A stretch of DNA of 64,000 nt from Camelus dromedarius. Taxonomy: Eukaryota. Shown here one piece after another: positions 1 through 12,619 of the stretch (positions are counted from its first letter, which is position 1; each line of letters opens with the position of its first letter). The notes beneath the pieces are model-generated. The model ran no database searches. It had not been told where the DNA came from and worked only from the letters and a program-made list of their open reading frames with translations. The position numbers and the translations under genes are program-made. The DNA is taken from the NCBI RefSeq assembly GCF_036321535.1, contig NC_087436.1:42224001-42288000 (forward strand). Direction: 5' to 3'.

Positions 1-514
1 GTCCTGCGGATTCGGAAAAGGACAATGCCCAGCCCCCAGGGTCCTGAGGAACTCAAAATAAATAGTCCCCCTTTTTAAATGTCCTGTAATAAAGTACCTG
101 CAATCTCTCAGGAGCACATGCATACAAGTTTAGCAATGTATAAAGACATGGCCATACCTTTCCATTTTCATTCAGTTTAATATCACATATTCTACTTTCC
201 CATTATCACTTGATTATACAAATTACATACAATTTTAAGATAATTTGAAATATTAGTGTACTAGTAAAGTATTATTAATATTAGTTTAGATAACTTAAAT
301 ACATGTCAATGTGTATTTAAAATTTTGGTGTTTTGGATATGTCATATTTAGGTAACCTAAGACTGTCTTTTCAGGTAGCTCATGTTTCAAGTAATGATAT
401 GTAACAATATCACTTTAAATGACCCTATCACAAAGTCTCTATAATTAAAGGAAAAAAGTATATATATATATATGTACACACATGGCATGCATCTATGGAT
501 GCCCAAATCCATAA

Positions 515-625
515 CCTTTGTAATTTAAGGCCAAGTCATTCAATTTCTCTGCACTAATTTCCTTCACCTGCCAAGTGAGGCTATTAAATTAGATTGGCCT
601 TGAAGATTGCTTACAGTTGTTAAAG
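515..625 (+). mobile_element. MIR-family SINE fragment
   Basis: MIR core-like 'ggccaagtcattcaatttctctgcactaatttccttcacctg'. Confidence 0.55.
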
Positions 626-799
626 CTTAGTGGAAAATGGGTTTAAGAATAGGTTTCAATGAGATTGATATGATTTGGTTCATAAAGGTAGTTAAGACCA
701 GATCAATGGATGCTAAGAAAACAGTGAAGAAAACTAAAATTTACCTTGATTTTAAACTTAATGTTCTAGAGAATTGTTACTGTGAAGACGAATTTCATA

Positions 800-935
800 G
801 GGGTACTATTCAAATGCAAACTCTGACTCAGTGTATCTGGTGTAGGACCCCAGATTCTCTCTTTCTAACAAGCTCTCTGGTGACACGGGTTGCTGGTTGC
901 TGCAGGTGCAGGCGCTGCACTGAGGAAGCAAGGAT
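800..935. mobile_element. MER5-family (hAT-Charlie) fragment
   Basis: 'aaatgcaaactctgactcagtgtatctggtgtaggacc...ttctaacaagctctctggtga' resembles MER5 internal sequence. Confidence 0.55.
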
Positions 936-1154
936 TTAGAATAAAGCCCAAAGCTAGAATAGAGTCATAACGTGTGACTAATGACGTGGTCAACCAGTCA
1001 ACAATATCAATAACCTGCTGGAAAACAAATTATTTTTTAATCACACATACACAAAAGGCAATTTGCTTAAAATAATGAGAGGACCCAACAGATTGAACAT
1101 TTTTTAAGGAACTGATCCATGGTAGGTGAGCAATCTTGGAATGTATGGCTACAT

Positions 1155-1349
1155 TCCAGGCTCTCAACTCTGACAGCTCATTATAATCACCTGGGGAGCC
1201 TGTGAAAACCGAAGATGCCTGAAAACCTGCCACCCCCCCAACCTAGATCAATTAAAGTAGAACTTATGCAGATGAGGCCTAGGTCTTGGCATTTTTTGTT
1301 TCCTTTCTAAATGTTCCCCAGGGAATTATGATATTGTGAACCACTGGGC
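1155..1349. mobile_element. MER5A1-like hAT-Charlie element
   Basis: 'ctctcaactctg...ttataatcacctggggagc...' through a terminal 'gaaccactg'. Confidence 0.6.
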
Positions 1350-1443
1350 TACCGTTACACAAAGTCATAGCAAAATACACAAAAGTAAACTAATGCAATC
1401 CACTTTTTATTGTTGTCTTTTAATAAGCAGAGGAGAGGAGCAC

Positions 1444-1446
<3 letters not shown>

Positions 1447-1506
<60 letters not shown>
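1447..1506. repeat. (TG)30 microsatellite
   Basis: Perfect dinucleotide run read directly. Confidence 0.99.
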
Positions 1507-1508
<2 letters not shown>

Positions 1509-1723
1509 GACAGAACTGAGAACACTTGAATACCCCTGAACAACCATTTAGTAAATAAAATATAATCAATATCATGAATTGAAGTTTTTATAACCAACCA
1601 TGAAAGAGTTAACCAGGAAAATATTCTGAAATTTATACTGAATTTTTCTTTTGTCCCTAAAATGATTAGAAATTATTTCATCATATGAGAACACTGGAAC
1701 AGACTATATTTAGTATCACAGAT

Positions 1724-1906
1724 CAGTGGTTCTCAAACTTGGGCATGCATCAGAATCACCCGGAGAGCTAGTTATAAAAAAGACTGTTAGGCCTGCCCTC
1801 CGTTCCTGATTCTATAGATCTGGGATGGGCCCAAGAATCTGCATATCTAACAAATTCCCAAGTGATATTGATGCTGCTGGTCCAGGGACTATTTTGAGAA
1901 TCACTG
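1724..1906 (+). mobile_element. MER5A hAT-Charlie MITE, full length
   Basis: Terminal inverted repeats CAGTGGTTCTCAAA ... TTTGAGAATCACTG; internal 'catcagaatcacc' and 'gaatctgcatatctaacaaattccca'. Confidence 0.9.
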
Positions 1907-3019
1907 ACAGAGAAAAAAGTTTGCAATTTCAAAGAATGGCAGTTTATAGATACAGCTATACATAGATAAAGTGTGGGTCTCTTTTTCTGCTCCTCCTCAA
2001 GACCAGCTTGGTACCAGTTCTCACCATGCATCTGCATCATGTGATCAACATTCAGCAAACGATGAGGAAACTCTTTGTTTGATTCTGATCTCATCCTTAA
2101 ACAAATGAGGAAAGTTTCATAAATCATACAGCCGAGTTTTTATGAGGCTTTAAGTTCTGATAGGTAAATGCTTTCTTAAAAAAACTGGTGTTCAATTAAT
2201 GTTTTAAAATGGTTTCGTAGGACTTTTTATAACTCTCTTTTATTGGGATTTTAATTAGCAGAATACCACAGTGAATGTGGAGGAAATCCGTATCAAATTT
2301 TCATCTTTCCCACCATGAGACAAATTTACATGTGGGAGAAACAGCTTTTCAATACATCATTACTTAGAGAATCTTGAGGCTTCAGAAATGTCTCAGATCA
2401 ATAGATTATGGGATTGTTTCTCCCACTTATTACTACTTTAAGTTGATTTTTAAACATTATCTACATTAACATTATTACGAGTCACAAAATAAATTCCTAT
2501 GTGACATCTTAAACATGGTTTAGGATCAAAAATGTCAGGCCAAATATAACCAAAGAACAAATTTTTAAAAATTCTGAATATTTCCCTATTCAATTCCTTA
2601 CAAGTCCTGGAGAGTGAACAAATAACAAACTTCCCCATCGCTGTCTCATAAAATGCTAGTAAAATCATGAAAAGAAGGTTGCTATGGAGTGTCAGATAAG
2701 TCAGCCAAGTTATATTATTCCCCGGAAGAGGAAGATTTTGGTAGGTCCTGCAGAAAGACAATGCATTTCTCTGATGTTCCCTTATTAACAAGTGAAAATG
2801 TCATTTTGCGTCTTCTAAGCAGACTCAGCACAATGAAGCAAGTCCAGAGAAAGTCTTTTGTATACCATCACCATTGTTATTAGTCTTGCAAACATAAATA
2901 TACTTAAACATTTGAACTTAATATATTTGCTATGAAATGATGCCAAATATTTAAAAAAATATATATATTTTCAAACTCTATGAAATAAATCAGAGTCCCA
3001 ATTTAAAAACTAAAGATAA

Positions 3020-3173
3020 CTGAGTCCAAACCATCTCATTTGTAGAGAACACGACAAAGTCTCCAGAAGGTGGTTGCCAAGCATCACTTAGCCAGCTCCT
3101 AGTTACTCACTGGCAGAGTCGGAACTAGCACTCAGGTTTCCTGGGTCCTAATCCAGTATCTCTTACTGGTACC
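3020..3173 (-). mobile_element. MIR/MIR3 fragment
   Basis: 'ggcagagtcggaactagcactcaggtttcctgggtcctaatccagt' resembles antisense MIR. Confidence 0.55.
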
Positions 3174-4759
3174 GTATAAAGACTCTCCAAAGTTGCCACT
3201 GCCATATGTCAGATCATAGACTGACTATGTCTTGAATTCTGGGAATCTCAAATCAAAACAGCAGTCCTTGAAAAGCCTGCTTAAACTTTTACACATAAAC
3301 CTTTGAATTTTATACTAGACTAAAAATTAGTGTATTTTGATTCTAAGGCAGAAGAGTTCTACCATATAATAGGCTGCTTGTTGAACAAATGGCTGAAGTA
3401 ATTCTTATGTGTTACACATGCTCACTACACAAACCTCAAGGAATTCGACAGGTCTCCTTCCAAATGTCTCCCCTTCCACACCCTTGTGAATAGAGAGTAG
3501 GAAAAGGAGTAGGAACGCGTATATAGTATCAAAATAATAAGCTGAATTATTTCTACTGGTAAAGATAATGATGAGAAAGCATAAAGCATTTAGGGTCCAT
3601 AAGGAGGCTAGACAATCACTATAGAGTATGATTTGAATAAAATGACCAGATCCTACACTAGTGATGGTGTGATGACTCCATCCCCACCCCACCCCATGCC
3701 CTCTACCCACATCCTTCCCCAACAATCTGTAAACAAATCAACTCCCCACCAAAACCAGGGACATTATCTCTGGAAAAGCAGACAGGTGTAGAGGAGAGAA
3801 AGAACGGATGGGACGGAAGAAAGAGGGAGCAGGCAGCCAGAGGAGCTCGTTTTGGCATATTTTTTATTGTTTAGAAATTTGAAAAAAAGCACATTCCAAA
3901 GCATATGCTCAGAAAAGGTCTAACTGATCAAAATAAGAGTTACGTTTCAATGGTCTCAAGAATTATTTAAAACTGGCAAATAACAGGCTCAGGCATCGAT
4001 TCTTCTTAATAGTCTTACCTAACCTGTTAATTTCTTTTCATTTATTTTTCTGCTGCAGCGATTCCTTAAAATCTATTCTTATTCCTATTCCTACTCCTAC
4101 TTCCCTGCCCAGAAGGAGATGGGAGATGAGACAGTCTGAACCAGAGAATTCTGGCAATTATGAAAGGAGGAAATAAGCACAGAAGAGGGAAAAAAAGGAA
4201 CTCTGCCTAAGCTGATGCTTCCATTTAATTGGTATGAAAGGTCTTGGGTAGGGAGGGAGGCCGGTGGGAATATAAGAGGCAGGAGAGGAAGCAATTTGAA
4301 TGTTTCCAAAGTCAGATCTTCCTAATACACGTAGTTAGTTTTCTCTCCAAATACTGTTTCTTGACATCAGATATACTTAAATATAACTGCAAACTAAAAA
4401 CTAAATACACTTAATTATCTCTGTCATTGATTCCTCTTATTGCCGTTCCTATAATTAGCTGTGAATGTACTTCCATCGTTTAGAAGTCCCAAGTAAATTC
4501 TAAAAGAAAAATGTATTAAATTATTATAAATTTTACCATGAAGAGTTCAAAGACCTATAATATGACCTTTCTACAGACCAAACTTTTTTTTCCTGTTGTG
4601 ACTAAATGACAGCAGTCTATATAGAACATTTCCTTTAAAAACAAAGGGAACATTTGAAGTTTGAATAATACCATTTTGGAAAAAAAAAAAAGGAAAAAAG
4701 CATCACTACACATACAGAATTTTAGGTTCGTCCTTTGCTGCTTTATGAGTCACTGAAGG

Positions 4760-5050
4760 TACATTCAATTACTGGTAAGTACCTTATCTCCGATTAGCAT
4801 GTTTGTCCGGGGTATTAGGATGAAACTAAGAGTGAGAGTCCACCCCCTAAGAGCTCACACTCTTCTGAGAGGGAGAATTAACTAAGTATGAGAGGATCAT
4901 GAACATACATGGGGATGAAACTCACAGAAGAGTAAAAGAGAGCGAGAACCAACGTTCTGAGGTGGGACTTCAGTGTCAAAACCATGAAGGGTGAGAATTT
5001 GAAAGCACAGAGGAGAAAAGGCAGGACAGTTCAGGTGGAGGAGATCCTGA
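4760..5050 (-). mobile_element. L2 LINE 3' fragment
   Basis: Antisense L2-tail-like motifs ('ccccctaagagctcacactcttctgagaggga'). Confidence 0.45.
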
Positions 5051-6110
5051 AGCAAACGCCTGGGGGGGTCAAATGGGGCTTGATACCCCAATGGCAGCAG
5101 GAAGGCAACGGGACAAGAGAAGCTCTGAAAGGCAGGATTTCCCACGTGAAAGTGAATGGCCAGGAGCTCAGGTACAAACATCAAATCCCCTGCAGACCGT
5201 CCTGGTGACTTCAGAGCTCTGCTCCCTTAAGTCATGGTTTGTAACATGTGACAACCTACTGAACAACGTTTGAAGGGGGCAGAATAAGAATAAAATGACA
5301 GAATGTGTGAGTAAGCAATTTGCAAACTACGACAGAGCTGTATGAAGGTAACGTTTTACTCTTGTTCTGGGGAACTAAGTATTCCCAACACACAGGTAGA
5401 GTCAGAGATGGTAACCACAACATTTTCCCATCAATATTCCTAGGAAACCTCAGCCCTGAGCCAGTGGAGTGTTCCCTCTTTGAGATGCTGAGGACAACAG
5501 GCATTTGTTTTAATTAAACTCATGCTCAGATCAATACTATGGTTTCCTGCCACGATGCACCCAGTTCACACAAAGCCCACACAGGACATTCAAACACTTG
5601 TCCTTTCCCTCTTGTTTGTTTTTATTTTTTCCCTCCACTACAGTTTTTCCATTCCCACTCCCCATCTTCTTCTAGTTTCCTGTTTCTTATTTACTTCTCT
5701 TTCTGGTTTCCCTTACTCTCACTTTAGCTCCATTAAGATACATTTTCACAAATGTCCCCAAAGTATTTTCAAAACCAGGAGAAAACAGTCAGTGATTTAC
5801 ATTAATATTCCTTAAAACAGTTTCACCCTTGACCTTATCTACACATTTCACTGCACCTCCACCCCTTCTAAATAGACAGGCAAACCTGTTTGACTAGTTT
5901 CCCTCTAAGCCCTGCTCTCCTGATTGGCTGGGGAGTACAAATGACCCACGGGTACAGCAGCACAAATGCAAAGACTATGTAAAGCACATGGCCTTCTTCT
6001 TTGGGAGAAGCCGCAGCGAAGGGCCTGCAGGTCCTGCCAGGACAGCCTGGGCTCAGGGCAGCTCACTCCAAGCAGGAAGGCAGCACGCTGGATGGCTCAT
6101 TCCGTCACTG

Positions 6111-6115
<5 letters not shown>

Positions 6116-6145
<30 letters not shown>

Positions 6146-6165
6146 CAAAACAAAACAAAACAAAC
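6116..6165. repeat. (CAAAA)n pentanucleotide microsatellite
   Basis: Eight perfect CAAAA units from 6121 plus partial flanks. Confidence 0.97.
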
Positions 6166-8659
6166 TTCTCCCTGTCAATGCCTTCCCTTCTGAATAAGGG
6201 ATGTTACGAGGGGGACGAGGTCTAGAATCAGACTGAGCCTGTATCTCTAACAAGTTTAAGAAATTTTGGTGGATGTAACTATATTGACAATGTGGCACAG
6301 GGGTGCACCCAAGTTTTGTTGTTGTTGTGTATTTGTCTTAAGCCAACTAGGAAAATTTGAATTTGCAAAACAGATTAATCAAAATGGGAATTCTCCTGAT
6401 GTTCTTTGAGACTAATTTAAACAGCAAAGGCTCAGGGTACATTTAAAATAAGATACGTTTTAAAATCACTGTCCATTTTTTGGGGGGCTGTCAATTGTTT
6501 CAAACACACAGAAAAGTATAAAGATTAATGTAAAAAAAACTGTATACCCATCACCTATATTTTAAAGGAGTTAAAATTGCCTTATTTTCAAGTGTCTTGA
6601 AAATTTTAAATTCTATAAATATTCAATTCATAAAAACTGATTTTTATACTTTTTTTCAGGAACATACTACAGAAAATTCAGCATATCTGTACACTTGATT
6701 CTACTTTTTAAAACAATTTTAAGTCCATCGGAACATATTATTTAAATTATCTTGCTTGGAGGAAAATCAGCCCCATGATTACTAATAAAGCAAGTAGCAG
6801 CCAATGTTATAGCTAAAAAATTATAACTCAGTGTCTTGGATATATTTCAAGTATTAAATTTGAGACGGAATTGAAAAGTGCAAAATAAGTTTACACATAT
6901 ATTTGTATTAATAATATTCCCAAATCAGGCAAATATTTACCAAATCAGTTACAATGTAAATTTTTTTAGGGAAATGGAATACTTGTAGGTGCATTTCTCT
7001 TATCTAAATCAAGTCAAGGGAAATGATTATCTCCAAAATAAGACCAATATAGTGACTGTTTCCATTATTAGTAATTCAGACAAGTGTCACGACACTAGTA
7101 GCAAAATACACAGTATCTCTGAAATGTTCCTATCTACACATTTTTTCTGTCTAATCTGAATGTATTAATGCTTATATACATTTCCAGCCAGAGAGTAGGA
7201 CCCGAGCTAGGCTGTCCTAGATACCCTGCCATTCATAAATCCAAAGGTTCCATTTTTGTTCGGGCTCTGCACTCTTCAAAGCTGACCTCCATGTAAGTCA
7301 ATTTCAATGTGGCATCTGACATCTCTATAAGGGCGTCCTGAGCAGGACAGTATAGCGTCTAAAACTGAGCTGGTGAATATACAATATGGAACTGTCAGAA
7401 GTCCTAAACTGAATATCACCTGCACTGACCACTGAACTCTGCAACAGTGGGACCATCCATGATGAGGGAGTTAGCACAACAGACCAAAACTCAACTCCAA
7501 AGTAGAGAGCTCTTGATAAAAAATGTAGCTACAGAATTTCAGGGAAACAAATCATCAAAGATAAAAAACTACATACATAATGAACTTCATTCAGTCCACC
7601 TTAAAAATACTGAACATCTAATTTCATTTTATTCAAAAAAAAAATTATTGGGCGTCCTAAAAACTATGTACTCCTCTATCTGCTATATACATAAAGGATG
7701 TGGTGAATACTGGTAAGTATGTACTGAAACAGACTTACTACTTTGAACTAAAAAAAAAAAAAGATATTATTTATAGCCAATTTACCACCAATATGCTTAA
7801 CAACCAATTAGTAACCATTATGTACTATGTTCAATTGTTGATTGGTTCCCAAACCAGTTCATATATGTAAATGTTTTTTTCAAAATACCCACTAATGACA
7901 AGGTAAAAATCCATATACATATTAAAATAGAAATCTAATTTTAGATATTCATCTCTAATGTAAAGCATTACTTCATCCAAATAGAGGAAATCCTAAAGAA
8001 AAAAAATAGTTTAAAATATTACTATAGTTGGCTCAATTTTTTTAAGAAATCTACAAATCAGTCCTTTTCCATTACACAGGTTAATATTTGCTTTCCATAG
8101 TGTTGATTTTAAGACCCCGTAAGATACGGAAGTGCCTTCTGAATCAAACATTAAATTATATTTTGTTCAGTTTTACTATCATCTATCTTGTTTTTTATTG
8201 TTTTTGTTTTCAGGTTCTTTTAAAATAAATACACTTTGTCCTTATTAGATTATCTAAGAAACCAGAACTCGCTTAAATACCAAGAAATCTTAAATAATAC
8301 TTTAAAAATGTCTGTGATTTGATTACCGGGTGCTTTTAAAAAGCAACAAAGATGCTATGGACGCCCAGGCTGGTGAAAACACGGCTTGTCCTGAGGAAGC
8401 TGACATCTCCCCAGAGCTCCTGATGCAACAACCACTTCCCCCTTCAAGGACCGTGTTCCAATGGCTCTCTCTGCTCCCTTCAAAATTTTCAATTGCTATT
8501 GTACTGGCTTCCTCCCCAAAGGCTATAAATATGATCAAGTTTCCACCTTTAAATATACCTTGTACTCACCCTTCCTAAACCTGAGAGCAAGCACTGCTGA
8601 AAGCCAGTAGTCTCCACAGACCTCCTCATCACTAAATCCAAGTTCTGCTTTCCATTAAA

Positions 8660-8852
8660 ACAGCTAGCACTTACTGAACACAAACCAGTAAACTTCCAGT
8701 CACTAAGCTTCATAGACTTTATCTCATTTGATCCTCCCAGTGGCCCTAGGACGTTGCACTTTGATCCTCATTATGTAAATGAGGAAAGGGAACTAAGTTC
8801 TGAGTTCAAAGTCATAGAGCTAGTCAGGCGCAGGGCCAGGACTGTCTGATAC
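8660..8852 (-). mobile_element. MIR SINE
   Basis: 'agctagcacttactgaacac', 'atctcatttgatcctc', 'aaatgaggaaa', 'aaagtcatagagctagt'. Confidence 0.75.
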
Positions 8853-8859
8853 GCCCTAT

Positions 8860-9914
8860 TTTAGGACTTGCCTTCACACTTCTTGAAATTCTTTTCCCCT
8901 TCAGCTACTAAAAGCTCCCCTCCCCTTAGTCTCCTCCCGATTTCACTCTGTACCCTCTCATTCTTTACTGCTCCCTATTTGTCTACCCAACACTTTGATT
9001 TTAAGCCTCTATTTCTTTATTACTCTTTGAACTTGTCCTAGAAGACCTACTGACATCCTGTGTCTTTTTTTTTTCAACCACCCATATGTTGAAAAGAGCT
9101 AAAGCAGTCCATCCATCCATCCATCCATTTATCTACCTAACTATCTAGCCCAGCCCTCTCTGCTCAGAACTGCTGAGCAATGGATCCACTGGACACTCAT
9201 CTCCAGTTGGATTTCCTATAAGCATTTCATATTCTCCATGTCCAAACCTGAACTCTATCATCCTTGGTCCTCAAATGTGCTTCTCCTTTTAAGTCCCTAT
9301 GCCATCTTCCCATATCCCCACCATCCAGAGACAGTAGAATCTGAGAGATTCTACCACCTTAACACCTGTGTGACAAATCACTTTTCTTCATCTCACTGCC
9401 ACCACTTTGGTGTAAAGACCTCAACTTCTCCTAAAAAAGATCACCCAATATTTTCTAATCTGTTATGCCTGTCTCACACCTCAGATCCATCCTTCTAGAC
9501 TATGAGAGCTTTCTCCTCATCACATCACTCTTTTGTTTAAAACAACCTTGAAGAGAAAATGGTTCATACTCCTTAGGATGGCAAACAGCCCTCCGTGGTC
9601 TGGCCCCTGTCTACACTGACTCCTCTGATGTTACCTTCTCTATGAAGCCTCTCTAGTAGTCTGTCCCCACGTAGAAATGGCCACTTCCAAATGCCTGTTC
9701 AGGGCACTCTGCATATCTCTGTCACAGCACTCACAGAATTAACAGCACTATATTGTACTTACTGAAACTAATTTGTTTTCTATCAGTCTAATCCTCTTAA
9801 ACCCAGAGTCCTCCCATGGTTTTCTGTATCTTCATATCCCCAGGGTACAAGAGCATAGTGCCCGATGCATAGTATGTTTTCAATAAAAAAATCTGTTGAA
9901 TAAAAGAATGAATG
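8860..9914 (+). mobile_element. L2 LINE 3' region
   Basis: Pyrimidine-rich L2-like body ending in 'gcatagtgcccgatgcatagtatg...tctgttgaataaaagaatgaatg'. Confidence 0.75.
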
Positions 9915-12619
9915 TTTATGAAATGCTTTAGATTAGGAAGATACGATTACCACTGTTTTCAAGACTAAATTAAACAACCTTATTCATACTAATTTGATTA
10001 TGTAGCTCCTGCATACACACATACGCAAAATAATATTGAAATGATTCACGTAGCTTCAAGTTTGAGAATCAGCACGATCAAATCACACTTCTTATTCCTG
10101 GCTTCCAGAGTAGGGAAATAATGCCAAAATTTCATATAGCTAGTCAATTTCAATGGCAGAAAGTAGGATGTAAAGTATTATTGTATACATATTTCTAAAC
10201 AAAGACATTCTGGGGCTACCACAAGAAAAGTAAATTTTTTTAAGGGCTTCTTCAATTTTTCGGAAAAGCAAGGACTTTCCAGAAGACTAAATGTCTGAAA
10301 TTAAGATACTCTTCTAAAGATCTCGTATATGAAATTTCTATTAAAAAAAAAAAAAAACAAACACATTGAAACCATTCATATACAGGCCACCCTTCTAAGA
10401 ACCTCAGCCATTCGGCCCACTATCCAGCCCAGAAACAAAGGATGAGAACAGCAAGTATCTGTCACAAAGTACATAGGCTTTATACTTGAGCAATAGCCCA
10501 CATCATTTCAGGGGAAAAAAAGACAACAGATAATACAGCAGCAGGGCCCGCTCACAGCCTGACAGCAGCAGAAAGCGATAGCTGATAACAGAAAGAGGAC
10601 CCAGAAAAACCATAAAAAGAAGAATAGTACTTCTGTTTCCATACTAGTATTTCAACTGGGCAGGCTGAGACCATTTACTATAAACAAAAACAGCTCTATA
10701 CACCTCAAGGAATAGCACTATTCAATTCTTTATGAATTCATGTTCACAACGATAACCCAACAAAAAAATTAACTTACATCCTGGGGAGTAAGTGTATAAA
10801 ATTTAGAAATTGCTTATCTGTTTTACTAGTTAAATTTTTAAAGTTTCAGTAATTAATGGTGTGAGGGGTCAGCTATTTAGAAAATGTGCTTATGTAAATA
10901 AGCAACAACCCTGATGGTGTCAAATAAACATTATTATTTTTTTTTTTCCTATTTGGACAGATGTACATTTCTAAGTCACCTTTTGAAATATGAAACATAG
11001 CCTGGGGAATACCCTCTGTTCTTTTAGCCTAGGAGATTCTGGGTTTGAACCTGGGTTAGGAACTACTGGTTCAGGGTTTATGCTTTAAACATTTAAATAG
11101 ACAGATGGCAAAATAAATATTATTAAATATTGCAAAACAAAAGTTCTTATTCTCGCGTTGTACTTTGGAAGTCTAATGTGAATTAAACAGCATCAGCCCA
11201 ATATTATTTGATAAGTAAGCACATAAATTACTTTGAAAAGTTGTCTGAGAATCGAGAGCATATTTAATTTCTTCCTTTACCATCAGTATTTACATATAAT
11301 TAAGCTGATGGTTAATCATAAGGTATCAAGAAATATTTTAGGTAAATTAAATGTTAATTGTCAAACTCTACACACAAAAAAGATTTTACAAAAATTAAAT
11401 TTTGTTATACATATTTTTATTTATTCCATTGGTTTACTTATTCTAATATGTGCAAAGGCATTAATACAAGTATACAGCTCCAGAAATTTTAGATTTTTTA
11501 AATCTAATCTCTACAGCAGTACTATTGAGAGAAAGTCACAAGTACAGTTTTTACTCAATTATGCCCAAGCTACTAATACACTATCAAGCTATTACAAATA
11601 TCAGGGCACTATGCTTCACTGTAGTTTTTAAACACTCCTATAGCTGTAGATCACACAACACAAGATGACAACTTTACCTTGTCGGTGGCAGGCGAACTAA
11701 ATAATAACTTGAGTGTTCCCTCTGGAATTACCTAGAATGGTTGCTGAACAGAGACATTCCAAAAGCAAAACCTCAAACTGCCAGGAGATGGTTTCTATTG
11801 GAGAAAACTGTTTGCCATTCCTCTCTGAGACAGAAAAAACACAGGCTGATTTATGATTTAATTCAATTAACACAACGTTCTGGACTCCCTACTATATAAT
11901 ACTGATGTGCATGACTCTTCATTTAAAAATCTCCAGGGAATAAAGTGTGATTACTCCTAATACTATTAAAATACCAATTAAAAGGCACTTTCTATCCTTC
12001 CTTTAAGTGGCTTTTTTTTCCTGGGGATGAGTGGAAATAAAGCACACCAATTACATCAATTCTGAGGGGAGATTTTTTTTTAACATAAAATTATCAGAAA
12101 CAGAAACAACAGCACACTTGGCATCTAGCCAAACTGCCACACCTTCATGGCATTAATCTTGAAAAACTTATTATACAAGGTGACAGCCTGAGGGAAGTGA
12201 AGGATTTTAGAGTAGTGGTTTTCCAACCGTTTCTGAGTGGAACCACCTGAAACACAAGCCTTTCTCTATTTTAATACTGGTTCTTTGTGGAGGTGACTCT
12301 TGGGGTCATGTCTAGTTGAGAATGCCACCCACTCCTCCTTGTGATACGCCCTCTCCCTCTAGAGAACGACTAATTAACACAATCTAGCCTTCCAGTTAGT
12401 TTGAACTAGTTAGTTGCCGAAGTCTTAGAAGTTCTCCCACTTTCTCCCCGCCCCTTGCTTTAAGGTGATGAGAATCAGCGGTACAGGCACAGAGGTCTCC
12501 TTTCCCTAAATAAGTGCTGCAGCGTGGCACATTCCCCGCACTCAACTTCATAAACCCTCAATTAAACCGGTGAATTTACCTATGCAGACTGGGTACTCCC
12601 CTTGCCACCCCTGACTGTT

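Noticed and set aside
12570..12590. Minus-strand donor-like ATAG|GTAAAT at the island edge
   Set aside because: Weaker than the two donors at 13368 and 13447, with no acceptor or start site I can pair to it.
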